A DNA stretch of 64,000 nt, taken from an uncultured virus (IMG/VR IMGVR_UViG_3300024239_000112). Taxonomy: Duplodnaviria > Heunggongvirae > Uroviricota > Caudoviricetes. Under the pieces are notes generated by a model. The model was given only the letters and a program-made list of their open reading frames with translations, did not search any database and was not told the DNA's origin. The translations under genes and the position numbers were made by a program. How positions within the stretch are numbered: position 1 is the stretch's first letter; each line of letters begins with the position of its first letter. This document shows positions 9,563 through 17,387 of the stretch, piece by piece. Where the stretch lies: the IMG/VR virus record IMGVR_UViG_3300024239_000112; one strand, written 5' to 3'.

Positions 9563-9840
9563 CAGGAGCGGACCAGGTTCTTGCTGCAGGTGAAGACCAG
9601 GGCGGTACGGGCCGGCACCTGGACGGCGTGGGCCAGGACGCCGCTCTTCACGGTGCGCGGAGCACGCTTGCGGGCGGTGAACTTGCCGAACTCACGGATG
9701 GAGAGGCTGCCGCGCTCGAAGGTGATCTGCTCGATGCCGGCGATCACGGATTCGACGGTGGCTTTGGCGGCGGTCTTGGAGAGGCCGAGGTCGCTGGCGA
9801 CGTGGTCGATCAGGTCCTGGCGGGAGGCGGTTTCGGTCAT
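9562..9840 (-). CDS. HU/IHF-like DNA-binding protein
   Basis: RQDLIDHVA..LSK..A...VE, LSIREFGKF..RKRAPR, VPAR..VF..SK.L signature. Confidence 0.9.
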   Translation of the reverse strand: MTETASRQDLIDHVASDLGLSKTAAKATVESVIAGIEQITFERGSLSIREFGKFTARKRAPRTVKSGVLAHAVQVPARTALVFTCSKNLVRS

Positions 9841-10102
9841 GGCTGGATTCCTTTGAAGTTGTCGGCGTATGGGTAGCCGTATCTCTGTATTGACGGGCGA
9901 AGAATACGGATTTTATGGGGATATGTAAATACGGGTGTATGGGAGAATTTCGTGGGGATTTGGGGTGTTGCGGAGGGGGACGGGGTGGGCCTGGTGGAGG
10001 GGTGACGGGGTCGGCGAGGGGGAGAAAGCCAGTAACGGCGGGGTTTACGGCGGGGTGAAAGGGTGTAAGAGTATAAGGGGCTTAGGAAATTGGTAAATTT
10101 TT

Positions 10103-10114
10103 GGGCGTGGACCT
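10103..10114. other. Candidate cosN (12-nt cohesive end) GGGCGTGGACCT
   Basis: 10/12 identical to the lambda cohesive end GGGCGGCGACCT; lies upstream of the terminase genes; terminase is gpA-like. Confidence 0.5.
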
Positions 10115-10208
10115 AGGCGGGCGCGGTGGCTTCGGCCTGACAAAAAACAAGGGGCGGGGCGTCTCGGTTTTTTCTTCTGTTTTTTCTTCAATTTGTCCGC
10201 CTTTTTTG

Positions 10209-10238
10209 TTGACTTACTCCAATTGCCCCCCCTAATAT
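10209..10238 (+). promoter_or_regulatory. Strong sigma70 early promoter
   Basis: TTGACT-18-TAATAT preceded by T-tracts (UP-element-like, 10168-10207). Confidence 0.7.
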
Positions 10239-10315
10239 TCATCCCAAGCCGGACGGATTAACCGACCGGCCTAGGGGGGCGGCCTAGTCGCCCCCCGCCA
10301 GCGCCCCGCGCTGGC

Positions 10316-10327
10316 CGTTCTTTAACA
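10316..10327 (+). promoter_or_regulatory. boxA antitermination element 1 (CGTTCTTTAACA)
   Basis: Matches the GYTCTTTAANA consensus; directly preceded by hairpin 10297-10315 (rrn-like boxB-boxA order). Confidence 0.7.
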
Positions 10328-10623
10328 CTGCCAGCCCATGCCCCGCACCTATGCGGCATGGATTGACGCCAGCCCCGGCGACGGGGTGACGCGCCCCCCT
10401 TTGCCCCGCCACTGGCGGGGGATGCTACGGCACTGGCCTAGCATCCCCCGGCCTAGTGGATGACGGGGCAATGGTCAAACAGTAGACGGCCTAACGGCCT
10501 GAGCTGGGGGTAAATCAGGCGCGACCATGCCCCGGCGGCAAAGTGTTACCGGCTTGTCACCCTACGGGGATGACGGGCGGAGCTTTGCCTGCTGAATAGG
10601 GCGAGCATGGTTCTAGGCTCGGG

Positions 10624-10661
10624 CCTGTATTTATGGGTTTATGTTCCCCCGTATATACCGC
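10624..10661. promoter_or_regulatory. Operator pair within the early leader
   Basis: CCTGTATTTATGGG at 10624 and CCCGTATATACCGC at 10648; 24-bp period. Confidence 0.7.
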
Positions 10662-10664
10662 CGA

Positions 10665-10677
10665 CGTTATTTAACAA
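10665..10677 (+). promoter_or_regulatory. boxA-like element 2 (CGTTATTTAACAA)
   Basis: One mismatch to the boxA consensus; precedes a second long rod. Confidence 0.5.
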
Positions 10678-10936
10678 TCCACCGCTTTGCCCCGTGATCC
10701 GCGCCACCAGTGCGCCCCGCCGTTGCCCCCGTCTGTTATCGCCGCCAGTGCCGACGATAGCGAAAAAGACGCAAACAACGGCCAGCACTGGCGGCCTTAT
10801 CACTGCAAAGCACGGAAACGAAAACGGCGCCCCCAACAACGGGGCGCCCCATTGCCCCCAGTGGCTTTGACTATGCGCCCCACCATCGGGGCGCATAGCA
10901 AAACCCACTAGAAAACAGAAAACAGGAAATCACAAA

Positions 10937-11647
10937 ATGAAAAAAGCCCCCGTTATCACCATCCGCGGCCAGATCATCACTGCCCAGCAAATTAACGGCA
11001 TCGCCGGCAAGCTGGCCAGCCAATCGGAAAACATCACCGTCTGGGCGAACTACTGCGCCATCCATGCCGTCGCCTTCCATAACACTGCCCCCCTTGCCGC
11101 CATGCTGCAAAATCCGGCATTCAAGCTGGCGAGCGGCAAGGCTTCCAAGCTGGGCGGCGAAGTGCTGGCTTACATTCGAGCCCACGCCCCGCAAATCGGC
11201 CTAGATGCCGAAAGCGGCGCCCCGAAAGTGGCCAAGATGGGCGAACAAAATCCCCAGCGCGGCCAGTTCCAAAACCCTGCCGAGCGTGACGAAAACGGCA
11301 AGGCCGCCATTGTTGCCCCCGGTGACTTCGCCCTGACATTCGACGAATGGCGCAATCTGGAGAAGGCGACCAAGGAAAAGGCCGAGCCGAAAATTAAGGC
11401 CGCCACCATTGCCAAAAAACTGGCCGAGGTTGGTGCCGCCATGCAAGCCGGAAAACTGGTGGCCAGCGCCGAGGAACTGGCCGAGCTGGCCGAGGCTGCA
11501 AAGGCGCTTTTTCTGGCGCTGGATTCGCAGCGCAGCGCCGAGGCTGCAAAGGCCGAGCCGGTGGACGTGGCAAAGGCCGCCGAGCTGCTGAAAAGCGGCC
11601 AAGGTGGCAAGGCGACCCGCGCCGGCAAGAAAGTGGCCGCAGTCTAA
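10937..11647 (+). CDS. First early protein, unknown function
   Basis: 236 aa, A/K-rich; AGGAAATCAC initiation region. Confidence 0.8.
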   Translation: MKKAPVITIRGQIITAQQINGIAGKLASQSENITVWANYCAIHAVAFHNTAPLAAMLQNPAFKLASGKASKLGGEVLAYIRAHAPQIGLDAESGAPKVAKMGEQNPQRGQFQNPAERDENGKAAIVAPGDFALTFDEWRNLEKATKEKAEPKIKAATIAKKLAEVGAAMQAGKLVASAEELAELAEAAKALFLALDSQRSAEAAKAEPVDVAKAAELLKSGQGGKATRAGKKVAAV

Positions 11648-11694
11648 TTCATCCGGCGCCCCGGTCGGGGCGCCACTTTTCAAGGGGTTAAGCC

Positions 11695-11886
11695 ATGCAA
11701 GCATCTTCCGCTTTCGCTAAATACACCGCAGCTTTTGATGCCGTTTACGCCGAGATAAACGGCAAACGCGGGGCCAATATCCTCGCCGCGCACGACGCCA
11801 TAAGCGACGTGCTCGACAGCGCCCTGCTAACCCGTGACTGGGAGCAGGCGGCCGCGCAGCTGGACGCAATCCGGTCATCGCTCTAA
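11695..11886 (+). CDS. Hypothetical early protein
   Basis: 63 aa; AAGGGG SD. Confidence 0.6.
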   Translation: MQASSAFAKYTAAFDAVYAEINGKRGANILAAHDAISDVLDSALLTRDWEQAAAQLDAIRSSL

Positions 11887-11890
11887 CCCC

Positions 11891-11915
11891 AAGGCCCGAA
11901 AGGGCCTTTTTCTTT
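11891..11915 (+). terminator. Intrinsic terminator
   Basis: AAGGCCC-GAAA-GGGCCTT followed by TTTCTTT. Confidence 0.8.
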
Positions 11916-12236
11916 ACGCGCGTGCGTGTGCACACCGGTGCGCGCCCAGCCTGCCAGCCCTATAGGAAAGCCCAGCCTGCCGGCTGAAGGGTTCCCTAAA
12001 ATTCCAGGTAAAAGCCTCAGAAATTACCGGGCCTAGGTCGCCAGCTGCCCACCGCTGTGGGTTCACAAGGAGGTGCGCCGTTATGGGCAAGAGATAGATC
12101 AGCCGGTTGAACCGGCCAACCAGCACCACAGCCGATACGACGTGCGGCCTGCTGTGGTGGCGTTCCCCTGAGCCGCTCGGTGGGATTGGCGCCCCCTTCG
12201 CAACTCAACCAGCCACAACGACGCGAAACACCCCTG

Positions 12237-12282
12237 CCAGCGCGACGCCGACGCCCCCAGCCGGCGCCGCGCTGGTCTTTTT
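12237..12282 (+). terminator. Intrinsic terminator-like hairpin upstream of the 12334 gene
   Basis: CCAGCGCG...CGCGCTGG followed by TCTTTTT. Confidence 0.55.
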
Positions 12283-12333
12283 GCACCTCGCAACGCCCTC
12301 AAAAATAGAAATCAGAACTAGGAAATCACGAAA

Positions 12334-12828
12334 ATGACCAACGTAACCCCGCTGACCACCGCATCCCTGCCGTCGTTCCGCCTGCAAAAGCTGGCCGACG
12401 CTCACAGCGCCAAGGTCATCCCGCGTCTGGATCTGCCCACCCCGAACATCTACTTCGTCACGGTCAACTGCGCTATCGACGGCAGTGTGAACCACCTCTA
12501 CGTGGCCGCTGACTTCTCCGGCGCCGCCCTGCGCAAGGTGCAGAACATCTGCTCCGACAAGCACGGCTTCCGCCCCTACCGCAGCAACAGCGTCATCAAG
12601 ATGCGCCGGCTACGTTTGCAGGACATGCTGGAAACCCCGTCGGCGCTGGGCAAGGCCATCGAAACGGCCAAGGAGCTGGGCGAGAAGGACATCGTCGCCG
12701 CCCTGGAGAAACGCCCCGAGCAGATTGCCACCCTGCTGCAAGGTCCGGCTGCCGAGCGTGTTGACTTCGACGCTGTCGCCCGAGCCCTCGCCGAGCAGCT
12801 GCGCACCCTGGACAAACTCCCGGCGTAA
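12334..12828 (+). CDS. Hypothetical early protein
   Basis: 164 aa; same AGGAAATCAC initiation motif as the 10937 gene. Confidence 0.8.
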   Translation: MTNVTPLTTASLPSFRLQKLADAHSAKVIPRLDLPTPNIYFVTVNCAIDGSVNHLYVAADFSGAALRKVQNICSDKHGFRPYRSNSVIKMRRLRLQDMLETPSALGKAIETAKELGEKDIVAALEKRPEQIATLLQGPAAERVDFDAVARALAEQLRTLDKLPA

Positions 12829-12925
12829 CTGCCGACCTGTATTTACAGGTCTGCCACATCCTCACCCAGCACGATGGCCACACGTAAAGGTGGCCACGAC
12901 GCCCACACGCAAAGGTGGCCATGCC

Positions 12926-13207
12926 ATGTTCGATTTCCAGCAGGTTCCCAGCCGCACCGGCGGCACCATCTCCCGCCTCGACGACGGCGACGTTGTCATG
13001 CAGGTGGCCTTCCACACCGGCGAGTGCAATTCCGGCTTCGATTTTCTGCGCATCAGCGGCGCTGTGACCGTCGGCGACGTGCAGCGTTTCAGTACCCAGT
13101 ACCACATGACGCCCAGCGCCACGCCGTACATCGAGGACGTCGCCATCGACCTGCGGGCCATCGCCATCTTCACGGGCAGCACCAAGGATCGCCGCCATGC
13201 AGCCTGA
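12926..13207 (+). CDS. Hypothetical protein
   Basis: MFDFQQVP..., 93 aa, good codon bias; start corrected. Confidence 0.65.
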   Translation: MFDFQQVPSRTGGTISRLDDGDVVMQVAFHTGECNSGFDFLRISGAVTVGDVQRFSTQYHMTPSATPYIEDVAIDLRAIAIFTGSTKDRRHAA

Positions 13208-13421
13208 CAGCGTCACGCAGGTGTTCGGCCTGCTTCTGGTGCAGCTGGGAATCCCGGCCCCGTTCTCGGTGCTGATCGCCGTGCTCAGCCTGTTCATGGT
13301 GCCGGCGCTGATCGTCGGCGTGGTTGACGTGCAGATGGCCCGGCGAGAGCGAGCAGCGTGGACACGGACCAAGAGGTCGGCGAAGGATCGGCGCCGGTTT
13401 GCGGCGGCGCGGGCGGCGTAA
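13197..13421 (+). CDS. Small membrane protein
   Basis: Hydrophobic stretch followed by an Arg-rich tail. Confidence 0.6.
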   Translation: MQPDSVTQVFGLLLVQLGIPAPFSVLIAVLSLFMVPALIVGVVDVQMARRERAAWTRTKRSAKDRRRFAAARAA

Positions 13422-13439
13422 CCCGAAAAGCATCGCAGG

Positions 13440-14340
13440 TGAGAGTCAAAAGCCCGCGCCGCGGCGCCATTCAGGCTGCTGGTGAGGTTTTCAGCAGGTG
13501 GGTGGTAGGGTAGGTGCGGGTGGGTGGTAATGAGGGATACAGCGAGCATTCTCGCTGTATCTAAATATGTAGATATATTGGTAGGGGTACCTCCTATATA
13601 TATATATTTCTCTTATATAGAAGTAGTAGTAGTAGTAGGGGGTATATTTTGGTTGTGTACTTTATGCAGAGGTACTCTAATGGAGAGGTACCCCACAGAC
13701 GTGCTACAAAACGCAAAAATTTTTTAGAGGCGCTGAACCCCTATATCTGAACCTGGTGTGTGGTTTTCGCAGATGGGCATAGATTCCCGCCCTGCACGAC
13801 GCCCACGCCCTCCCCCAGCCCCTCCCCCTCCACCTCCAACCGACGCCCTCCCCCTGATTCTACGCGGCCTCCAGCCCGACGCCCTGAATCACAACGGTGC
13901 CCACACCGTCCCCGAGGAGGACAACATAAAATCACGGCCTCCTTACACTCTTACACTTTCCAGTTGAGAGTCATTCCGTACAACTAAATCCCTGCATATT
14001 CGCTCTTAAATGAGAATCATATGCAGGCGACGAACGGTAGGTGTTTTTCAGACCCTTTTGCCAACTTGCTACGGGACTTTTTATGTTCTTACACCGAGTT
14101 GGTCAAATAACGCTCAGTTTTCCCTGAGTCTCATGTCCTTATATGTCCGCCACTGTCCGGGCTTTATAAGGACATAAGATTCCTATGCCAACTTGCCCCG
14201 AAGGAACTTGCGAAAGTTATCTTCGTACTCCGCTTACAAACTTACACTTTCTCAAGATGTCCGTACTTGTCTTGAAGTTTTTAGTGTAGGCCGTTTGACA
14301 TCTTACAAGTTTATACCCCCGCCCCTCCTCAGTATTAAGG
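13440..14340. other. Non-coding origin-like region
   Basis: G-rich to AT-rich to C-rich switch; 11-bp inverted repeat at 13536-13561; (TA)n and (GTA)n runs; repeated CTTACA(C). Confidence 0.4.
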
Positions 14341-14347
14341 TGCCCAT

Positions 14348-15634
14348 ATGAAGTTGCCCCGCGTTCGAGTCCAGACATTGCCGGCCTATACCGCAGCCGA
14401 GGCGCCGGCCACTCCGTCTGGCCGCGTGACGCCTACCATTCGCTCGATCGAGGTGGGCTACGCAGAGATCGACCGCCCCACCATCTACCGGGCCATGGTC
14501 GACGCCCTGATCTACAACCTGACCTTCATCCAGGACAGCGGGATGCCGTTCGACCAGAGCCGGCTGGAATCGCTGAACATGATGCACAACGCCGGCCGCT
14601 GCCTGTGGTCGTGGTCGTCGATCCCCTCGCCGTACCTTGAGGATGGCATCGAGCAGCTCAAGCGTCACACCCTGCGCAGCAGCAACCTGTTCCCGCTGGA
14701 CATGCAGGTGCTGTCGCCGCGCTTCGCCTGCCTGCTGCTGCTGACCAACTTCAGCAAGATCGAGCGGGACCTGCATCGCGTCGCCGAGGCCCAGGGCCTG
14801 GTCATCAAGTCCAAGGTGAACCTGGCCTTCGCCACCAGCTGCCTCGACTACGGCAGCCCGGCCCTGCGCCCCTATGCCCGACTGGAGCCTTTGCAGGAGC
14901 GCGCCGGCTACAACGACGCCCAGTCCGCCATCCTGGCCCTGGCCGACAGTGGCAGCCTGCCCTTCAGCCACTACCAGCTGGTGCGAGGCACCTACGAGGC
15001 CGACCAAGCCAAGCGCATCACCGGCGCCCGTGGTGCGGTCATGCTGGATCTGGCTGTGCTTTCCAAGGAGCTGGACAAGGTGCCCGACGCCGCCGAGCTG
15101 GGCGAGGAACTCATGAACGTCAGTTCATCCGTTTACGCAAAAGCCGCCGACCTGGTGATGACCGGCGAGTGGAACCAGCTGAGTCTGGGCCACGTGCCGG
15201 GCGACCCGGACGACGACATTCTGGTGCTGACCGCCCGGGCCATCATCCGCCGGATCGGCTGTGAAGGTCGGGATCAGCTGATCGACCCGGTCGCCCTGCT
15301 CTGCCTGTCGCTGCTGACCGGCATCTCGCCGGCCTGCTTCATGCGCCACGCCCTGGCTGACTTCCAGCGCCGGGGTACCACCTACATCAGCATGGCCGGC
15401 GCCGTGGAGCTGGCCGAGCTGGTCAGCCGTATCGAGGTGCTGGCAGGCCGAGAGGAGGCTCGCAAGGTGGTGCTGGTCCGCGAGCTGGATCAGCTGGCAG
15501 ACCGACTGAGCGCGGCCCACACCGGAAAGAAGGACTGGGAGGTCGAGCTGCCGCAGAAAATGCTGAAGGCATGGTCTCCCGCCGGACTGGCCTGGGAGTG
15601 GACGAAGCCTGTCGCCGAGGAGGATGCAGCGTGA
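14348..15634 (+). CDS. Large hypothetical protein (428 aa)
   Basis: Long ORF with strong codon bias; AAGGTG SD; no recognised motif. Confidence 0.8.
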   Translation: MKLPRVRVQTLPAYTAAEAPATPSGRVTPTIRSIEVGYAEIDRPTIYRAMVDALIYNLTFIQDSGMPFDQSRLESLNMMHNAGRCLWSWSSIPSPYLEDGIEQLKRHTLRSSNLFPLDMQVLSPRFACLLLLTNFSKIERDLHRVAEAQGLVIKSKVNLAFATSCLDYGSPALRPYARLEPLQERAGYNDAQSAILALADSGSLPFSHYQLVRGTYEADQAKRITGARGAVMLDLAVLSKELDKVPDAAELGEELMNVSSSVYAKAADLVMTGEWNQLSLGHVPGDPDDDILVLTARAIIRRIGCEGRDQLIDPVALLCLSLLTGISPACFMRHALADFQRRGTTYISMAGAVELAELVSRIEVLAGREEARKVVLVRELDQLADRLSAAHTGKKDWEVELPQKMLKAWSPAGLAWEWTKPVAEEDAA

Positions 15635-15873
15635 TGCGTATAGCCGTAGTTATCGCCCTGGCAGCACTTGCTGGGTGCGGCCCACAGCCGGGAGAGGTAC
15701 CCACCGGCCAGAACAACGCCCTGGTGGTCAACAGCAGAGATGTCCTCTACGTCACCCGGGACCGAGTCAACGGCGTGACCTGCTGGAGCAAGAACGGCAC
15801 CACGCTGACCTGCCTGCCGGACTGGATGCTCGACAACCAGTCCGCCGTTATGTTCGACCGGGAGGTGAGGTGA
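15634..15873 (+). CDS. Small lipoprotein
   Basis: MRIAVVIALAALAG-C lipobox. Confidence 0.7.
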   Translation: MRIAVVIALAALAGCGPQPGEVPTGQNNALVVNSRDVLYVTRDRVNGVTCWSKNGTTLTCLPDWMLDNQSAVMFDREVR

Positions 15874-16091
15874 TGGTGCGCAGTGACTACGAGCTAGTTC
15901 GCCAGACTCAGGAGCTGGCCTCCGAGTTCTACCGCATGCACGGGTACAACCAACCCGCTGACTACCGCTGGTGGGCGTCAAGCCATCCGCAGGAAGTGCT
16001 CATGTGGGAGATGGCCTGCGCTGCACAACTGCACCTAACCGACACCGATATGGACGGCATCGACCCGGATGAAGTCCTGGAGGAATCCTGA
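15873..16091 (+). CDS. Hypothetical protein
   Basis: Coupled TGATG start; 72 aa. Confidence 0.65.
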   Translation: MVRSDYELVRQTQELASEFYRMHGYNQPADYRWWASSHPQEVLMWEMACAAQLHLTDTDMDGIDPDEVLEES

Positions 16092-16525
16092 TGGACACAA
16101 CCCAGAGAGCGCTGCGCCACCTGCTGGCCAGCACGCTGGTCTACGTCGATAACGCCGCCACTTTGGCCGAGTTCCGGGCCGAGACTGGCGAGGTGGCACT
16201 GGCCGGCATGTACCGCCGCAGCGCCCAGCGTGCCCAGCGGATCGTGAATGCAGCCTTGCGCTCGCTGGCCAAGGCGCCGCCCTTGCCGGCCACCTTCCTC
16301 GCTTGTGATGGCAAGGGCGGTGAGTACGAACTGGCGGGCCTGGCCAAAGGTGCCGGGCCGCTCAAGGGGCAGGAGGTGATCGTCTACCGCGACCCCGCCA
16401 CCGGCGCCCTGTACTTCAGGGACATTCAGGACTTCCGGGAGCGGATGACGCTGGCTGGAGGTGTTGGAGCCGCCGAAGGCGGCGCCGCAATCACAGAAAC
16501 GACCGACGTTAGGAGGTCAGCATGA
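16091..16525 (+). CDS. Hypothetical protein with DUF1653-like C-terminal domain
   Basis: KGGEY...A...VIVYR...G.LYFR...F pattern. Confidence 0.55.
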   Translation: MDTTQRALRHLLASTLVYVDNAATLAEFRAETGEVALAGMYRRSAQRAQRIVNAALRSLAKAPPLPATFLACDGKGGEYELAGLAKGAGPLKGQEVIVYRDPATGALYFRDIQDFRERMTLAGGVGAAEGGAAITETTDVRRSA

Positions 16526-16836
16526 TCGGTTATCTCCACGGCAGCACCATCAGGTCGCTCCTGGCCGCCGGCGTGACGCAGGCATGGTACGGCACGAGCG
16601 AGACCCCGGCCCACCGCGGCGACCTGACCTCGGTCTACTTCTTCGACGAGGGCGGCACCGAGCTGGCCCACCAGACCCAGCTGGCCGGGCTATTCGACAA
16701 CCCGGAGGTGGCGGTACTCAAGCGCAACTGGGGCGGGCAGCTCAGCGATCGCGGATACGAAAGGTCGTTCCGCTGGAACTCCTTCCTCGACCGGCCAGAG
16801 GAGATTCTGGACGGCTACATCTACAGGGTGATCTGA
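16522..16836 (+). CDS. Hypothetical protein
   Basis: AGGAGG SD; ATGA coupling. Confidence 0.7.
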   Translation: MIGYLHGSTIRSLLAAGVTQAWYGTSETPAHRGDLTSVYFFDEGGTELAHQTQLAGLFDNPEVAVLKRNWGGQLSDRGYERSFRWNSFLDRPEEILDGYIYRVI

Positions 16837-16837
16837 C

Positions 16838-17218
16838 ATGAACAAGCACCATGTTTATGCGCGATTAACCCATAAATACAGGGCTGGCTGGTCCCATCTC
16901 GACCGCCACGAATATGTCTTCGACCTCAAGTTGACCCCGCGCAAGCTGGTCAACCGCACTGACGACGGCGACCTCGACCACCTCCTATACGGCAGGCTCA
17001 GCGCCAAGCAGCGTGAGCAGGCCAGGAAGGTGTGGGAGAAGCTGCCGCGACAGGATCGAGGGCAGTTCAAACACTGGCTCTGCCGCACCATCTCCAGTGA
17101 GTTCGTCAGCGGCTGCCAGTGCGAGCACGACTGCTGCGGCCACTACCAGAGCTACGCGGCAACCGCCATCTACGGCCGCCGCGTGGTGGTCAATGTCCAC
17201 AGTTACCGCAATTTGTGA
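16838..17218 (+). CDS. Hypothetical protein (C-x-C-E-H-D-C-C-G metal motif)
   Basis: 126 aa; operator palindrome inside the 5' end. Confidence 0.7.
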   Translation: MNKHHVYARLTHKYRAGWSHLDRHEYVFDLKLTPRKLVNRTDDGDLDHLLYGRLSAKQREQARKVWEKLPRQDRGQFKHWLCRTISSEFVSGCQCEHDCCGHYQSYAATAIYGRRVVVNVHSYRNL

Positions 17219-17225
17219 GGTGCGT

Positions 17226-17387
17226 ATGAGCGCGCAAAAGCTGCAAACCCTGGTCGAGCGTATGGCCTCCATGCTGTGCGACCTACACAACAACTTCGGC
17301 TGGGACGAGCTGGGCGACAGCCTGGAGGACGTTCTGGACGAGGCACGCGAGTTGGGCTGCTCGGTAGCGGCCGAGGAGGACGAATGA
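17226..17387 (+). CDS. Hypothetical acidic protein
   Basis: GAGG SD; 53 aa. Confidence 0.6.
   Translation: MSAQKLQTLVERMASMLCDLHNNFGWDELGDSLEDVLDEARELGCSVAAEEDE

Larger units (their letters stand above)
10245..10900 (+). ncRNA. Large structured RNA or 5' leader (candidate novel ncRNA)
   Basis: No credible ORF; more than 10 stems including three long rods; stem mismatches are G-U pairs on the + strand. Confidence 0.65.

Noticed and set aside
10245..10900. tRNA genes or small ORFs (10607..10870, 10639..10908, 10687..10911) in the early leader
   Set aside because: No T-loop GTTCRA/cloverleaf was found; the ORFs lack an SD and phage codon bias and coincide with GC-rich stems
12836..12849. The recurrent palindrome as a LexA/SOS box
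   Set aside because: The gammaproteobacterial LexA box is CTGT-N8-ACAG; here the spacing is CTGT-N4-ACAG with conserved outer C/G, so it is a different operator
13590..13640. CRISPR array or other spacer-repeat array
   Set aside because: Only (TA)n and (GTA)n simple repeats are present; no 25-40-bp repeats with unique spacers and no cas genes were seen in the window
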